A stretch of 62,949 bases of DNA, counting the filler, from Welwitschia mirabilis (taxonomy: Eukaryota): the NCBI GenBank assembly GCA_051453625.1. It is 5 parts of one record of this genome, joined end to end, with 100 filler letters (N's around TTAATTAATTAA, not from the genome) between each part and the next. Parts side by side here need not be neighbours in the genome. Positions count along the whole stretch, not along the records: positions 9,893 to 22,713 come from JBOZIK010000001.1; positions 22,814 to 43,487 come from JBOZIK010000001.1; 3 more parts are not named here. One strand, 5' to 3'. Positions 12,801 to 26,000 of the stretch are shown here, in pieces (within the stretch, counting starts at the first letter, position 1; every line of letters starts with the position of its first letter). Both the position numbers and the translations under genes were made by a program. Below the pieces are notes generated by a model that saw only the letters and a list, made by a program, of their open reading frames with translations, did not search any database and was not told the DNA's origin.

Positions 12801-15090
12801 CTTGAGAATAATTTTTTTTCAAATTATTTAAAGGAGAAGGGAAAGAGTGATTTTCTAAAATTTCAATATCCTCTTGTTCCTCATCATTTTTATCACTTTG
12901 AAATATTGAAGCCTCATGGGTAAGAGGTGTTTGATTAGCAAGCATAGTTTGTTATAAAATACTAACAATTTTTTCAATGTTAAAATTTGTTATTTCTTAG
13001 ATATTTCTCAACTCATCAATGAAATTCCTGAGTGGATCACTTTAATTTTGTGAGCTGGATGGGCTTGCTTGATTGTTAGAGTTGTTTGATTGAAAATTTG
13101 CACTCTCATATCTTTTTAGAAATGGTTGGAAATTAGGTTGATTTGTCTAAAAGTTCTTGAAATTTGGTTGTTCATTTAAGTTAGGTTGAAAATTGTTTTA
13201 ATCTTGATTTTGGTGTTGATTTTGATTTCCAAAGTTTAAAAACTTTTGATTAAAAGCACACACTTCTTCATAAATCTTTTTTTTATAGGTAGGTAATAAA
13301 AGACAATCTTTTATCACATGGTAGTTGTCTTCACATAAATCACGAATTGGAGTTATAACTATACTCTTTTTTATTGCCACATTTGGATTTAAAATCATCT
13401 AAGTGTATTTCTTTAAAGTTGAGAAGAAATCCTTAATGACATTAGTTGGTTCTTTTTCAGTTTTACTTCCTCCTTCTCTTACTTAACTTCTTTAAGGTCT
13501 TTAATTATTTAACCTGCTGTACGATTCTCTCTAGATGAGGATTTAGGCCAAGTTTGACCACTAACTCTTCTAACACTCTCCAAGTATTTTCTAATATAAG
13601 TTTTATTAAATTTCCTCCACATGAAAAATTAACGAGTTACTTAATTTGACTATTCAATCCATTATAAAAGTTGTCTACTAATTCTTCTTGGGAAAAAGCA
13701 TCTATGGGATTTGAATGTCAAGTAATAAAAAATCTCTCATATGTGGAGGCATAATATTTGTTAGGCTACTATTGGAAGTCAGCTACTTGTTTCTTTCATT
13801 TTCTTATAGTTGTTTCACTTATGAATCTTTTTGTGAAAGCTTCTTGAACTTGACTCCATGTTTTTAAACTCTTATGGGGAATAGTTCTTAATCAAAGNNN
13901 NNNNNNNNNNNNNNNNNNNNNNNNNNNNNNNNNNNNNNNNNNNNNNNNNNNNNNNNNNNNNNNNNNNNNNNNNNNNNNNNNNNNNNNNNNNNNNNNNGGT
14001 TGTTTAATCTTTTTTATGAAAGCTTCTTGAACTTGACTCCATGTTTTTAAACTCTTATGGGGAATAGTTCTTAATCAAAGTTTAGCTTTTTCTTCTAAAG
14101 TGATGGGAAAAAATATCATATAAGTTTGATCATTTATTCTTTTCTTATCATTTCCAAAAGTGAGTACTAACTATTTGATATTGGCAATATGTTGTAAAGA
14201 ATCTTCATCATTTTCACCACTAAAAATTGGGTAAGCATTCAAATTCCTAAGTTCGACATCATCATCAAGAGATAAATCAAAAAGGGTTTGGATTCCATGT
14301 TTCTTATTAGCTAGAATCTTTTTAGAGGTGACATCGACATTGGGATTTACAGACATAGTCATAGGGATTCTAATAATAATGGGTGGATTAGGCGAAGTGA
14401 CTTGTCTTTGCTTTTGCAACACATAAGAAATATTTATAAAATGATTTTCTTCTAAACTATCTTCTAAACAATCTTCTAAAAATTTTTCTTTTGTAAAACT
14501 AGATTTTGAAATAATAGAAGTATAAATTTCTTCTTATAGAAGTTTTGAAAAACTTTGCGTACCTTTAGTGTGCATACCTGAGTTAAATTCAAAGTCAATC
14601 AAATCTTCTTGGAGGTTTTCTTCCATGAACAACCCTTCTTTTTAACATTGTTCTTTCTTACTAGATTCAGTTTTTATGTTCAATGTGCATCATCCCTATA
14701 GTCATCTGCATGATATGTATGAATGACAGAGCACACAAAAAACTGAAAAAATGAAAAACAAAGAAAAACAGAAGCACGAAATAACAGACACTAAAAACCT
14801 TGAAAACAAACTATCATCCTCCTAAGTCATCTAGACAATATAGGATATGATTAAAAAATCCTAAATTTTTAAGAAAGTAAAAAACTCAAGGCACATAAGC
14901 CATCGTCGTCACACATCATCTGGATGATAAAGCAGATGACAGAGCATTTATTTTGAAATGTAAAACAGAAACTGTGGAAAAAAAAACCTATGCTACTATA
15001 GTTAAAAGTATAGAACTAGTATAGGAAAATATCTGAACTGATATCCAAATACTCACTAAGTAACGATAATCCTCAAACTCCAAGCAGCCT

Positions 15091-15108
15091 TCTCCAACAA
15101 CGGTGCCA
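15091..15108 (-). promoter_or_regulatory. Primer-binding site of the Athila-like element
   Basis: Minus strand tggcaccgttgttggaga, adjacent to the 5' LTR, resembles the Athila PBS TGGCGCCGTTGCCGGGGA. Confidence 0.75.
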
Positions 15109-15111
15109 AAA

Positions 15112-16371
15112 TGTTGCTGTGTGTATTTGTGTAAATGTTATACTCTTAAGAAGATCTTGTTATTCACAAATAAATATAGATTTTACATAACACAACACAA
15201 TAATGTCGACAGAAGTGGATCTGAATGTTGCATTCTTGTTGAAGGCGCAAGCTAGAAGAAAGAGAATTGATTTCAAGGAAATGAAGCACTTGTATCTTTT
15301 AAGCAGAAATAAAGAATAATACAGAAAATAATAATGCAATACACTTATGCAAAGAAATGCAAATATAATCTAAGTGTAACTTTCATCTAATTACCAGATT
15401 AACCTATCACAGAGATTAGACCTGTATTACCTAAATCAGTCAAGAAATGCCATCACCAAATCAAAACTAATAAGGTATCAGATTCATCGAACAGAATAGA
15501 AAACTATGCAAAGTTAATTTAGGAAAGAAATACAATGCACCTAAACTAATAATGCTTAACCTTAACAAAGGTTGGCCTCATAATCTATATCACTAAAGAA
15601 GCTATCACGAAATCAGAAGTAATATCAACTATAAGGGATATTCACACAATAAGCATAAGAAAATAAAAAAGAATTCTTTAAATTTGATTTGAACCAACAT
15701 CCATGTTACAAAGCAGTCACACCTCAATGGAGGAAGAACAACCCAAAACTAAGGAAGACATTTCTCTACAACTATAATGGATTGATCTTTAGCCCTTCGA
15801 TCTCCTATCACAAGAATTTCTAATGTAAGTAAAAACAAGCAGGAGTTGAGGGTGGAGTCAATACTTATTAACAAAAAATAGATTCACTATCAAATAAGAT
15901 AAACAGGTGCAGATACAACCCTAGCAACCTTACAAGAAACACAAAGATAAAATGGCCAAAGTTAGGTGAAGTTTAGTAAAGTGTTATTTCATATGTCATA
16001 TTGCTAGTCATCTAGATGATACAGAAGATGATGCCGCCTCATAAGAATTCCATATCATCTACTAGATTGATTCTAATCAGTAGCCTTATTGGCTTAAATG
16101 TTTTGTCATCTATACAATCATCTGGGTAATAAGGTGGATGATAGGCTTTTTACAAGTGTTCATATGATGCATTAGCCTTAACATTTATAGGAATTTTACT
16201 TCAGATAGAAAATCCTATAAACTGCTTCTGTGAAATATCATAAAGATTACATGTATTTGTATCTTTCATCTTAACTCTTTGTTATCATAGAAATCTAGCA
16301 TAAACCTATCTAATATCCTATAAAACTACTTAAAATACCTTATCAAATATATACAAGTTAGTAGTACAACA
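15112..16371 (-). repeat. 5' LTR of the Athila-like element
   Basis: TG...CA termini (tgttgctgtg...gtacaaca), homologous to 6101-7350. Confidence 0.88.
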
Positions 16372-16376
16372 CTAAC

Positions 16377-19300
16377 TGATAATGGGGTATAAACAAGATA
16401 AAGATAAAAGGACTGATTTGGCCTAGGTAGACTTAAAACATGTAGTAGATGTTAGACAATATTTAATCTTATCAAAGGCCTTTTAACAATTCTCATCCCA
16501 TTTGAAATCGCTATCTTTTTAAGCAAGTGCATGAATAGCTGACATCAATCTATTAAGATTGATATAATCTGACATATTGCGTATAGCCTACCTTGTAGAC
16601 TCCATAGTTCTTTTAGGTTCTATGGCAACGGCATTTTAGTAAATACCTTAACTTTATCTGGATCAATTTCAATGGATTTTTTTAATATCATGAAGACTAG
16701 AAGTTTCTCTGATGGCATACCAAACATGCATTTGTTTAGGTTTAGGCATAAATGTATCATCTTACTTATGTAAATATCTAATTTAGGTTATTAAAATGAT
16801 CAATAACTACCTTTGACTTAGCCACAACATTGTTCACATAATATTCCCTATTTTAATGGATCGTGTTATGAAAAATGTGTATCATTGCATGTCAATATGT
16901 TATATCATTATTCTTTCATCCGAAAGACATCATGATGTAATAAAAGAGACCTTATGTTATTATAAAAGTTATTTTATGCTGATCTATGAGATTGATAAAT
17001 ATCTAATTATAACCTGAGTAAATGTTCATGAATGATAAAAGGTCATAAACAACAGTATTGTTTACTAGGATGTCGATGTTTTGTAAAGAATAATCATCCT
17101 TTAAGGTAATATTTTTTAGGTCATGATAATTGATACAAATTCTAATTTGGTTACTTTTCATTGAAACGGACATCATGTTCGACAACTAATCTAAATAATC
17201 TACTATTTGGATGAAAGGAGTAGTTAAGAGATGTTCTACATCTTATTTCATCACTAATGCAAGACGAGGATTAAGATTTCTAATCTTTTGCCTCGAGTTT
17301 AGATTTAGGATAATTTTATGCATGACTACTAATTTGTTGATACCTAGCATATGTTTATCACGCCAAGCGATGACATCCCTATTAGAGGATAATACATTTT
17401 CGAGCTCGGATTTAGTTTGTTGTGANNNNNNNNNNTGTGATAGTTACTCATTAATATTAAAAGATTTCTCTTAGTTAATCAAGTCCATTAGGATGTCGTA
17501 TGTTATGATGTTTTGTTGCTTCATAAGAGATGACTTCATCTTTTTTGACTTTATTGTTTTATATTCTTTAGCATTTTTACTCATTTGCTCTTTGTTTCAT
17601 ATAAGGTTTCCATAGGGAATCAGTATAATTAAAATTAACAAGGTTTAGATTGAGGAATCTTTTGATAATCTAACTATCAAGAGTGAAATAAAAAGACATG
17701 CTCAACCAACTCCTCATTGTGGTGTCCTTTAAGCCAAGGGATTAATGTAAGAATAATAACAAGACCAAACCAAAAAAAAAAAAATCATTGAAAAATATCA
17801 TAAGCAACTTTGATTGAAAGAGGTGGAAAGTAAAAGTATAAACTATTTAGAAGAGACTTTGCTTTTTTATCCTTTCTTTCTTTATTTCTTTTTTTACTCA
17901 AGGGAAGGGGAGGGAGGGGGAATTTTTTTTATTTTTTAAAGTTTTTAGATATTACATTTTAAAAATATTCATAAGCAATGTGATTTGATAAAGCTTTTAC
18001 TTAGCTATCAAGACTTTGCTTGGTTGCATAAACTCATTTTGTATGAAGTACTTTGATTATCAAGAACCTTATTCTTTGTATTCTACATAGACAAGTAAGC
18101 TAACACTTTTTTTTGTTCTATTTTTTGTTTTTAAGGTTTTTTAATTTTTTCATTTTCTTTGGTTTTTTCCCTTTAATACACATATGTACTTTTTTTGTGA
18201 TTTTATTTTTTATGCCTTTTTTGTTTTAAATAAGCTTTTTTCCATGAGAATTTCAAATCATGAGATAGTTGGAAAGTTGTCTAGGAGGAATGAAATCCAT
18301 TCTACATCTAGGATTTGCGTTTCAAGAATTAACAAGACCTTCATCTTATGAGAGTTCACTCGATCATGTTTGAAGTGTAAGAAATGAATAGTCATCTTCT
18401 TAGATGCAGGAGGACGGTATGATTGATGATAAGATTGTTGAGGAGAAAAATATTGTGAAGCAAAAGAAACTTAAGATTTCATTATAATTATCACTAGATT
18501 TCCCATTATTTAGGATGAGTAAGTTAGTTAAATAGGTTGATTATGACAACAACATTCTTTGGGTTGCTGCCTCTAGTATTATCCTTTTTGGATGGTTCCC
18601 TTTAGGACATGTTATCATATTTTATGGATTCTTTCTCTTCTTTTACAACTTCTATTCTATTAGCTACATTATATCTTATTTGAAATTTTTGAAAGATTGC
18701 ATTTTCAAATGCTCTAATACATATGGTATACATGACTTGGCAAAAATATACACCATGTTTAAGTCCACGATGGAAGTAATCAACTATAGTGTGATAACTC
18801 TTCCTTGATTCACNNNNNNNNNNNNNNNNNNNNNNNNNNNNNNNNNNNNNNNNNNNNNNNNNNNNNNNNNNNNNNNNNNNNNNNNNNNNNNNNNNNNNNN
18901 NNNNNNNNNNNNNAAGAAATGAATAGTCATCTTATAAGATGCAGAAGAAAACAATGAAGATAATGATATGGATAGAGATTTGATATTTTCTACAATATGA
19001 TTTCATTCTAATGGCACTAAAATTTTAGACCCAATGACCTTTAACTTCTGATGGGATAGAGATATGATTGCTTTCATGTCCATTATCCTAGGAGGCCCTA
19101 ATATAAATTGAACACTACCACATGGTTGACTACATGGAATTCAGTATCCTTAACCTTTTGAGTCACTTTGATAGGTCAAGTGATTGTCCCTCTCAATTTG
19201 TTTTTGCAATCATTGAATCCTCTAATCATCACACCTTTTTTTGCATTTAAAATAGAGCCCATTTTAAGATTCTTGAGACATGATGAACCTATTACATTTA

Positions 19301-21400
19301 ATTCAGCTTTGCAATCGATGAAGGATCTACTTATTTAATAGGTCTAATGTTTATAGATATGTAAGATGATTTGGTTACAATCATCCTCTTAGGGGTCATA
19401 GAAATTTCATAATGCAGGAATTGGATTGCTTTCTTATCTTATTTGCTCTTTTAAATGTGCACCTATTTTGATTTGGCTTTCTCTTTGGGTGGTTGAATTT
19501 GATTATGAGATAATTTTAGGTTCCATTATTTTTTACATATACTTTTGAATGTCAGTCTATGACTTAGAGTTCTCAATTAATGAGGTTAGATAATGATATG
19601 CCTCCTCTACTTTAGAAATGAGTAGTTATGTTAGTACATGTGATCAAGGGATAGGACAAGTCTGAGAATATTCCACTTGAATCGTTGCTTCTATTTTTCT
19701 TATTCTCTTAAATAAATTTTTTTCCAATGGCTTTTTAAGTTGATCTTGGATTACTAAAATTATAAAGAAATCATTGTCATCTTAGAATGCTACATTCTAT
19801 GATGGTTGAAATGTACAGGATTTAAAAGGAAAGGGGTTTTCATAGATCTCAAGCTATTCGTTTGCATTGTAGATCTTAAGTTATTCATTTGCAGTTACTA
19901 AGATCATGTTAAATTTTATGTTCTTTTTATTTTTGATGATGTTTTGGATAATGTACCTTAGGTTAAAATAGTTTTTGGTATGATGTCCTTAGACTTGATG
20001 ATACTCACAGTACTTTGACTCATCATACCTTCTTGGTTTAGGTTCATTTAGATTTCTTTGTCTAACTGGGGGGTAATTGAAATGCCCCCTTTTTTAGCAA
20101 TTTTGAGAGGATTTATCCCATTAGGATATTCAACTTCATAAAGTTACTTTTAGATTAAGGGATTGAGGTTTAACTTTAAGACCTGTTTTGGCCTTGACTT
20201 TAAGGCACGTATGCCTATTGTTGAGGTTGTAGTGGTAGTGGAGGTTGCACTTGTTATGGTGAAGGGTAGTATGATTAATGATAAACTAGTTGAGGTGCAA
20301 AAGCTTGCAAAGGAAAAAGGGCTTAAGATGCCATTGGCATCATCATTCAGTTGTCTATTAGTTAGAGTATGTAAATTGGTTGAATTAGTTAATTGATGAT
20401 AGCAATGTTCTTTAGGTTTCTACCTCTAGTATTATTGTTGTTCTTTTTGGATGATTCCCTTTATGAAGTGTTGTCATATTTTATGATTTCTTTCTCTTGT
20501 CCTACTCAATTCTCTTAGCTAAGGTGATAGCTTATTCAAAGTTTTTGAGGCATTACATTCTTAAATATTCACATATATATAACATACATGAGTTGGCAAA
20601 GAGGTACATCATGTTTGAGTTTGCATTAGAACTCCCCAACTGTAATGCGATGACTCTTCATCGATATACATATCCTTGCATAGTCTTGTTAGAGTATTAT
20701 TACATGATAGTGAGAGTGTCTAAGACTATCCTCTTTGAAATGTTGATTTAATAATGTTGAATAAACATTTCAAGGAGTTGTTTCAAACATGTGATGAAGT
20801 GAGTATGTATGCAATGATACCACTTGAGAGCTTGTCTTTTTAGGGAGCAATAGAATAGATGATATTTGATGTTGTCGTTAATGTTGTATATATGGTACCT
20901 GCATTTGAAATTTCTGACACACATGATAGGATCTTTTATGCCAATGAAATTTTCGAAATCTGGCATTTTGTTTGGTATGAGGATTTTACAAGGAATAGAG
21001 GAGTGGATGGAGGTATCATCAAGGTTAAATTCTAATAGCTCTTTTTGGTTCTAGAGATCTCATTTTACATTGTTAATGGCTTTACAAATATTTATCAAAT
21101 AGATTTGATTAGAATCTCTATTTTTAGCTTATATATTTTTGGGTGATTCTTCTCCATGTGTAAGTATTTGAATAGCTGTCATCATTAGCCTATTTCTTTG
21201 GACCTTGTGCTTATAGTTCTAGTGGAGCTTTTGGATTTTCCTCATGATTCCATTCATTAATGAACTCTTCATTGTTATTTCCTTCATGAAGGAGTTAAGT
21301 CTCCTGGGTGTGACTCTTTTCTTGACTAGTCAACCCTAATATCTTAGATGAGATAACACAGATTCACTTACTAAAGTGAATAAGGTATGGGTCCCAATGG
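16377..21400 (-). mobile_element. Tat/Ogre-like Ty3/Gypsy, gag-protease-RT part (continues at 4690-6095)
   Basis: gag MPDFENFIGIKDP (20748-20966), protease remnants at ~19000-19330, RT IRICINYHDLKNITLKDDYSLQNIDILV..LSFMNIYSGYN, and FKWDENC*KAFDKIK. Coding sense continues across the Athila insertion. Right boundary approximate; LTRs not identified. Confidence 0.78.
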
Positions 21401-22592
21401 GTTCTATACTTCATGATAGCATGAAGCTCATTTGCATCAAGTGTAAAAGGGTTTTATTAGATGAGGATTTTGTGCATCTCCTTAGAAATGCATGTCTTTT
21501 TTCCTCTTATTAAAACTAGCATTATGGTCGTTCTAAGTTTACGATAAGGCAATAGGAAATGTAAACAAGAAATGTCAAACGAATGATTAGAAAAGTCATA
21601 AGAGGAGTCTTTCTTCTAGTGCTAAACTATTTACAAGATTTTTTTTTTGTTTTTTTCCAAAAGTAGTATTAGTTCAAATGTTACTTAATGATAGGTGATT
21701 AGGTTTGATTTAATAACATTGTGATCATGGTATTTAATTAAATTTGACTATGTGACTGAGCTTAACTAAATTTGACTAGGTTTGAATGAGTTTTTAACTG
21801 AGTTTGACACTTGTTCCTTAGCTACTTAATGTTCTTTAATATTTTTTAACTATTTGTGATAAAGTTTGACTAAGTTTGATGAAATTTGACATCACTTTGA
21901 TGATTTTGGTTTGACTAAATTTAATACTCTTCTTCTAGTGTTAAATCTATTATGACTAAAATTTGCAATATCAGATTGATTTTTCCTTTTTGAAATGAAA
22001 TGCAAATTAGAATCAATACTTCATCTATTTCATGAAATGTTTAGGATTTGATGACTCTTATGGTTAGGAAAACAAAATCATAAGATGTGATACATCTTTG
22101 TAGGCTAGAATAATTTTCTCCTTTCTTTCCCTTCTTTTTTCCTCATAAAATTAGTAATTATTATGTAGATATGCTAAATAGAATTGACACAATAAATAAT
22201 TTATAACAAAACTTTCTTCCCTCCCCCCTCTTAGCCTCCCCCCTTTTTATCTAATAAAATAATACTAAATCCTAATATTTCTTAAAGTCTTAGTATCTAA
22301 TAAAGAAAAAACTCAATAAATTAAATAGTTTGAAGATACTTCCTAATATTTTTTTTATATCTTTTTTAAGTTGGATAATAAAATAAGTATCTAAACAATG
22401 TCTTGCAAATTATGATCTATGACATGGATTTATCCAAAATTAAAGATAGTTGTAAAAACATATCTCTTAAAATGAAATTTCAAATTTCTTTAATTCTTTT
22501 CAATTAATGAGATGGCAAAAAATTATTTTAATGAAGCAAAATGTGTTTTTGAATTAGCTTTAAATAGTATAATGAAAATAAGAGATACTTCT

Positions 22593-23038
22593 TGTGAAAC
22601 CCCAAATTTTTACAGTTACAAACTTCAATAGTTTACGCTCTGATACCAAAATGTAACGTCCAAAATTTCTAAAGTTGAAAATCTTCATAATTCACTTTGA
22701 CGCTCAACCCAAANNNNNNNNNNNNNNNNNNNNNNNNNNNNNNNNNNNNNNNNNNNNTTAATTAATTAANNNNNNNNNNNNNNNNNNNNNNNNNNNNNNN
22801 NNNNNNNNNNNNNCAACTGCATAAGTAAATAAAATATATCATTTCCACCACAATAGCATATAAAGATTGGGTACAAACATTTACACAAAACGGTATTCAT
22901 ATCGCAACTCAATAATATAGCATTTCAAGGACATATCAATTACCACAATTGGGGTTTTAAGTAATTCAATATTTTTCAAATATTGAATTAAACATAAACC
23001 TACAAATTTATAAGAAAATAAAAAATGTGGACGTGACA
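22593..23038 (-). mobile_element. Internally deleted or gap-collapsed LTR element with tRNA-iMet PBS
   Basis: TG...CA ends (tgtgaaacccc...ggacgtgaca) flanked by CTTCT on both sides. gctctgatacca (reverse complement of TGGTATCAGAGC) at 22637-22648, followed by tgtaacgtcc at 22652. Contains a scaffold linker. Confidence 0.6.
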
Positions 23039-26000
23039 CTTCTTATGATAAGTATGTAGACCAGATGAACATATTATATTAAGTATAAAATTTCACTTAA
23101 AGATGATGATAAGAATATTTAAGTTATCAAACCAAGGGAAAAAGAAAGGAAACAAAGAAGATGTTGTAGGTAGAACCTAATTTATTTAATAATTCAATGT
23201 GGATTAAGATTTTGACTAGTTTTGGCTACCAATGAACATCTACCAACATTTTTACCTTCACATTAAATTTCTATGTCTTTGATAATGGCATCCTATACCA
23301 ATTATTCCTTCATAATTAAATGTGGATCCTCCTCACTCTTATTCTCTTCTTATCCTTCTGGTGTCTAAGGTGATTGGTTGTTGTCTAGAGAATGGCATTC
23401 GCCATTTCCACTACCCTTTAATTGTACTTCTTGACTACTCTGTGATGCAACCTTCTTCGTGTATAATTTGTGTAATTAATTGTTTGAATGGTAAATATGC
23501 ACTTTGTTATTATGGGTTAAATTCTACCACTCTCATGAAAGGGAAGACATCTTTGATGTTTCTTTTTGCTCTTTCTTCATCTATTGCATTTTGCTTCTCT
23601 GTGAGTCATTGATGAAGGCCACTTCCTTTGATCACTCCTCTCTTCCTTTGACATCCTTTGTGTTTCTTGTATTTTTTTCTTTTTTTTTCCTTTTTTTGAC
23701 ATGCCCCTATTGTTCATATCCTGTGTGCCTTCTTCTTTGCAGATGCTTCCAATGGCTTTTTTCCCCTGTGCAGGCCATCCTCTTTGTTGCCCTTATTATC
23801 TTATGTGTCATGTGATGTGGTCTCTCCTTATTCTTGCATAGTTTTTCTACCATCCTCTTTTTCTAAGATGTCCTATTTTAGGTGCCCTCTCAATGGATGA
23901 AACACCTATGTCGATAACAAAATATGGTCAAAATGAAAAACTATTACTACAAACCTCAAAGAAAATTCTCCTCATCCTATAATTTGGACAGGGATTCTTG
24001 AATCAATATAAATATAATCTCCTTTGAGACAAAGTTGGAAGAACCACCATAATAAGTTAAACTACAATGGTGAAGTTAAGAGGGAATAAAAAATCATAAT
24101 TAATGCTAAAATTTAGAATGTTTCCTTATTTCTATTGCATAGCAGAAGCAACACAAAATTGACCACTACACAAGTATAATGGACATACATCTGTATCTAA
24201 TAATAGGTACTAGGGCTTTTCCATTAATAACTAAGATTATCTTATAACATATGCTTGAGCTTTTACATTTATTAATGCTAAAATTTATGAAATTATGATC
24301 TTACTAACTAAGGTTAAAGGCTATAGAACATCATGTATAGTGAGACTTAACCTTAGGATTACATAACTAAAGAAATTAAAATTTTACATAGATAAATATA
24401 TTTAGAAATCTTTTACTTTGAGAAATTCAACAAGTTAAATATCATGCAATAAAGCCTTGATGAATTAAATCATGAATTTCACGTGGTGAAACTATCTTAA
24501 AATTGTCATGTCTTTATTGATAATGAAATGGAAATCCTTCATAAAGAGAGCAAACCAATCTATTCTTAAATATCAGAAAATAAGTGAAATACACAAGTTA
24601 AAAATGTTATGATTATTAAAAAGATAATAATTAAAAGGACTTCATGTGCAAACGAATATATGATTAATTTAAAAAAATAAAAAATTAATTTTTTAACTTA
24701 AATAACTAAAAAAATTATTTATCAAACATTATTTGTTATATTATAATAAAGCAAATGAAGAATTTATAAAGTGGAATTAAACAAGCTAAGAAGATCCACA
24801 AATATCATTGAGAGATATAGAGAATTGGTTTTTGAAATGTTTGAAAGTGATTTAATTTTATAAGAGAGGTTATGCTCATAACCAATGGATAAGGTTTTGG
24901 AAATAACAAGAATAGACAAAAATAAAATAAACAAAGTAGCAAAGATTTAAGATCTTAAAAGCCACCCAGATATGAAAATGGGATAATGAAAAGAACAATT
25001 ACATAAGCTAGGGATAATAATGGGGAAAAATAAAATTATTAAAATCTATATCAAGAGTTTTAAACAACGGCATTCTCAACTTGATTTTTCAATGATCTAT
25101 TATAAGAAAAACTACACTTTAAAGTGTATTTTAAGTTCCCTTTTATATTTTTTAAGGGTATTTTAAAGATTTTACTATGTAATATTTTTCTTAATTCATT
25201 ATTATGATAGTAGTAAATTTTTAGATATGTATATATATTTCCCCCTTTTAAATGATTATATCAATAATAATGAAAAAAGATACATTTTACCATGTTTGAA
25301 GACCATGAAGACAATGCATTTTTATGATAACTTAGGCTTACTTAGGATAGTTATTAGAGTTAATTGCAGGGAAGTGATTCAAGGAAACACCAAAAGATAT
25401 GTTACATTAATTATTGTAAATTTATACACTAAATAAAAGAATAAATAAAGCTATCTTGAGTTCTAAAGTGAAATACATTTTAGTTTGCATTAACTAGGTT
25501 ATTATGTTTAGTAAATGGTATCTTTATGTATTAATGCATCTTCTCATCTTATATAAGGTATGATGATTTTAGAGGAAACTTTTGAGATAAATCTTACACT
25601 TCCTTTATGCCATTCATGATCATTTAACCATTTCCCAATGATTATTTTGTAATTAAATTATCAAGTAGTAGTGAGTATTTCTTGCTTGCTAGGTGGATGG
25701 GAGCGAAATCTTAGTGAATTGGTAAAGGATAAGAGGATAAGAGGTATGTTGCAAGTAGGATTTTGATACAATCACTCCTTAATTACTTACTTTTTTACTC
25801 TTAGTGTTGTGACCCTACATAAAATTTTTCATTTGCGTTGTGGACTTTTTTAAAGTACATAACTCTATTCTAAGAAGTAAACAATCGTAATGGTTAATAA
25901 ATCTTGGTAGTCCTTATAACCTAATTACAATAAGCTAGAGGTTGTGGAATAGGTAATTAATCTAATAATTAAAGATAGGTTGTAGGAAGAGGTCATTATG

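Larger units (their letters stand above)
6101..16371 (-). mobile_element. Full-length decayed Athila-like Ty3/Gypsy LTR retrotransposon
   Basis: Two ~1.25-kb LTRs, perfect 5-bp TSD CTAAC (6096-6100 and 16372-16376), and an Athila-type PBS. Internal gag (~13200-14420), protease LIDRGASVNIM (~12500), RT (WVSPLMVVPKKDGKWRMCIDFRKLN), RNase H (CDASNF) and integrase H2C2 (~9900-10150). Confidence 0.92.

Noticed and set aside
13828-14080. Near-identical ~70-bp sequence on both sides of an N gap
   Set aside because: Typical of overlapping contig ends.
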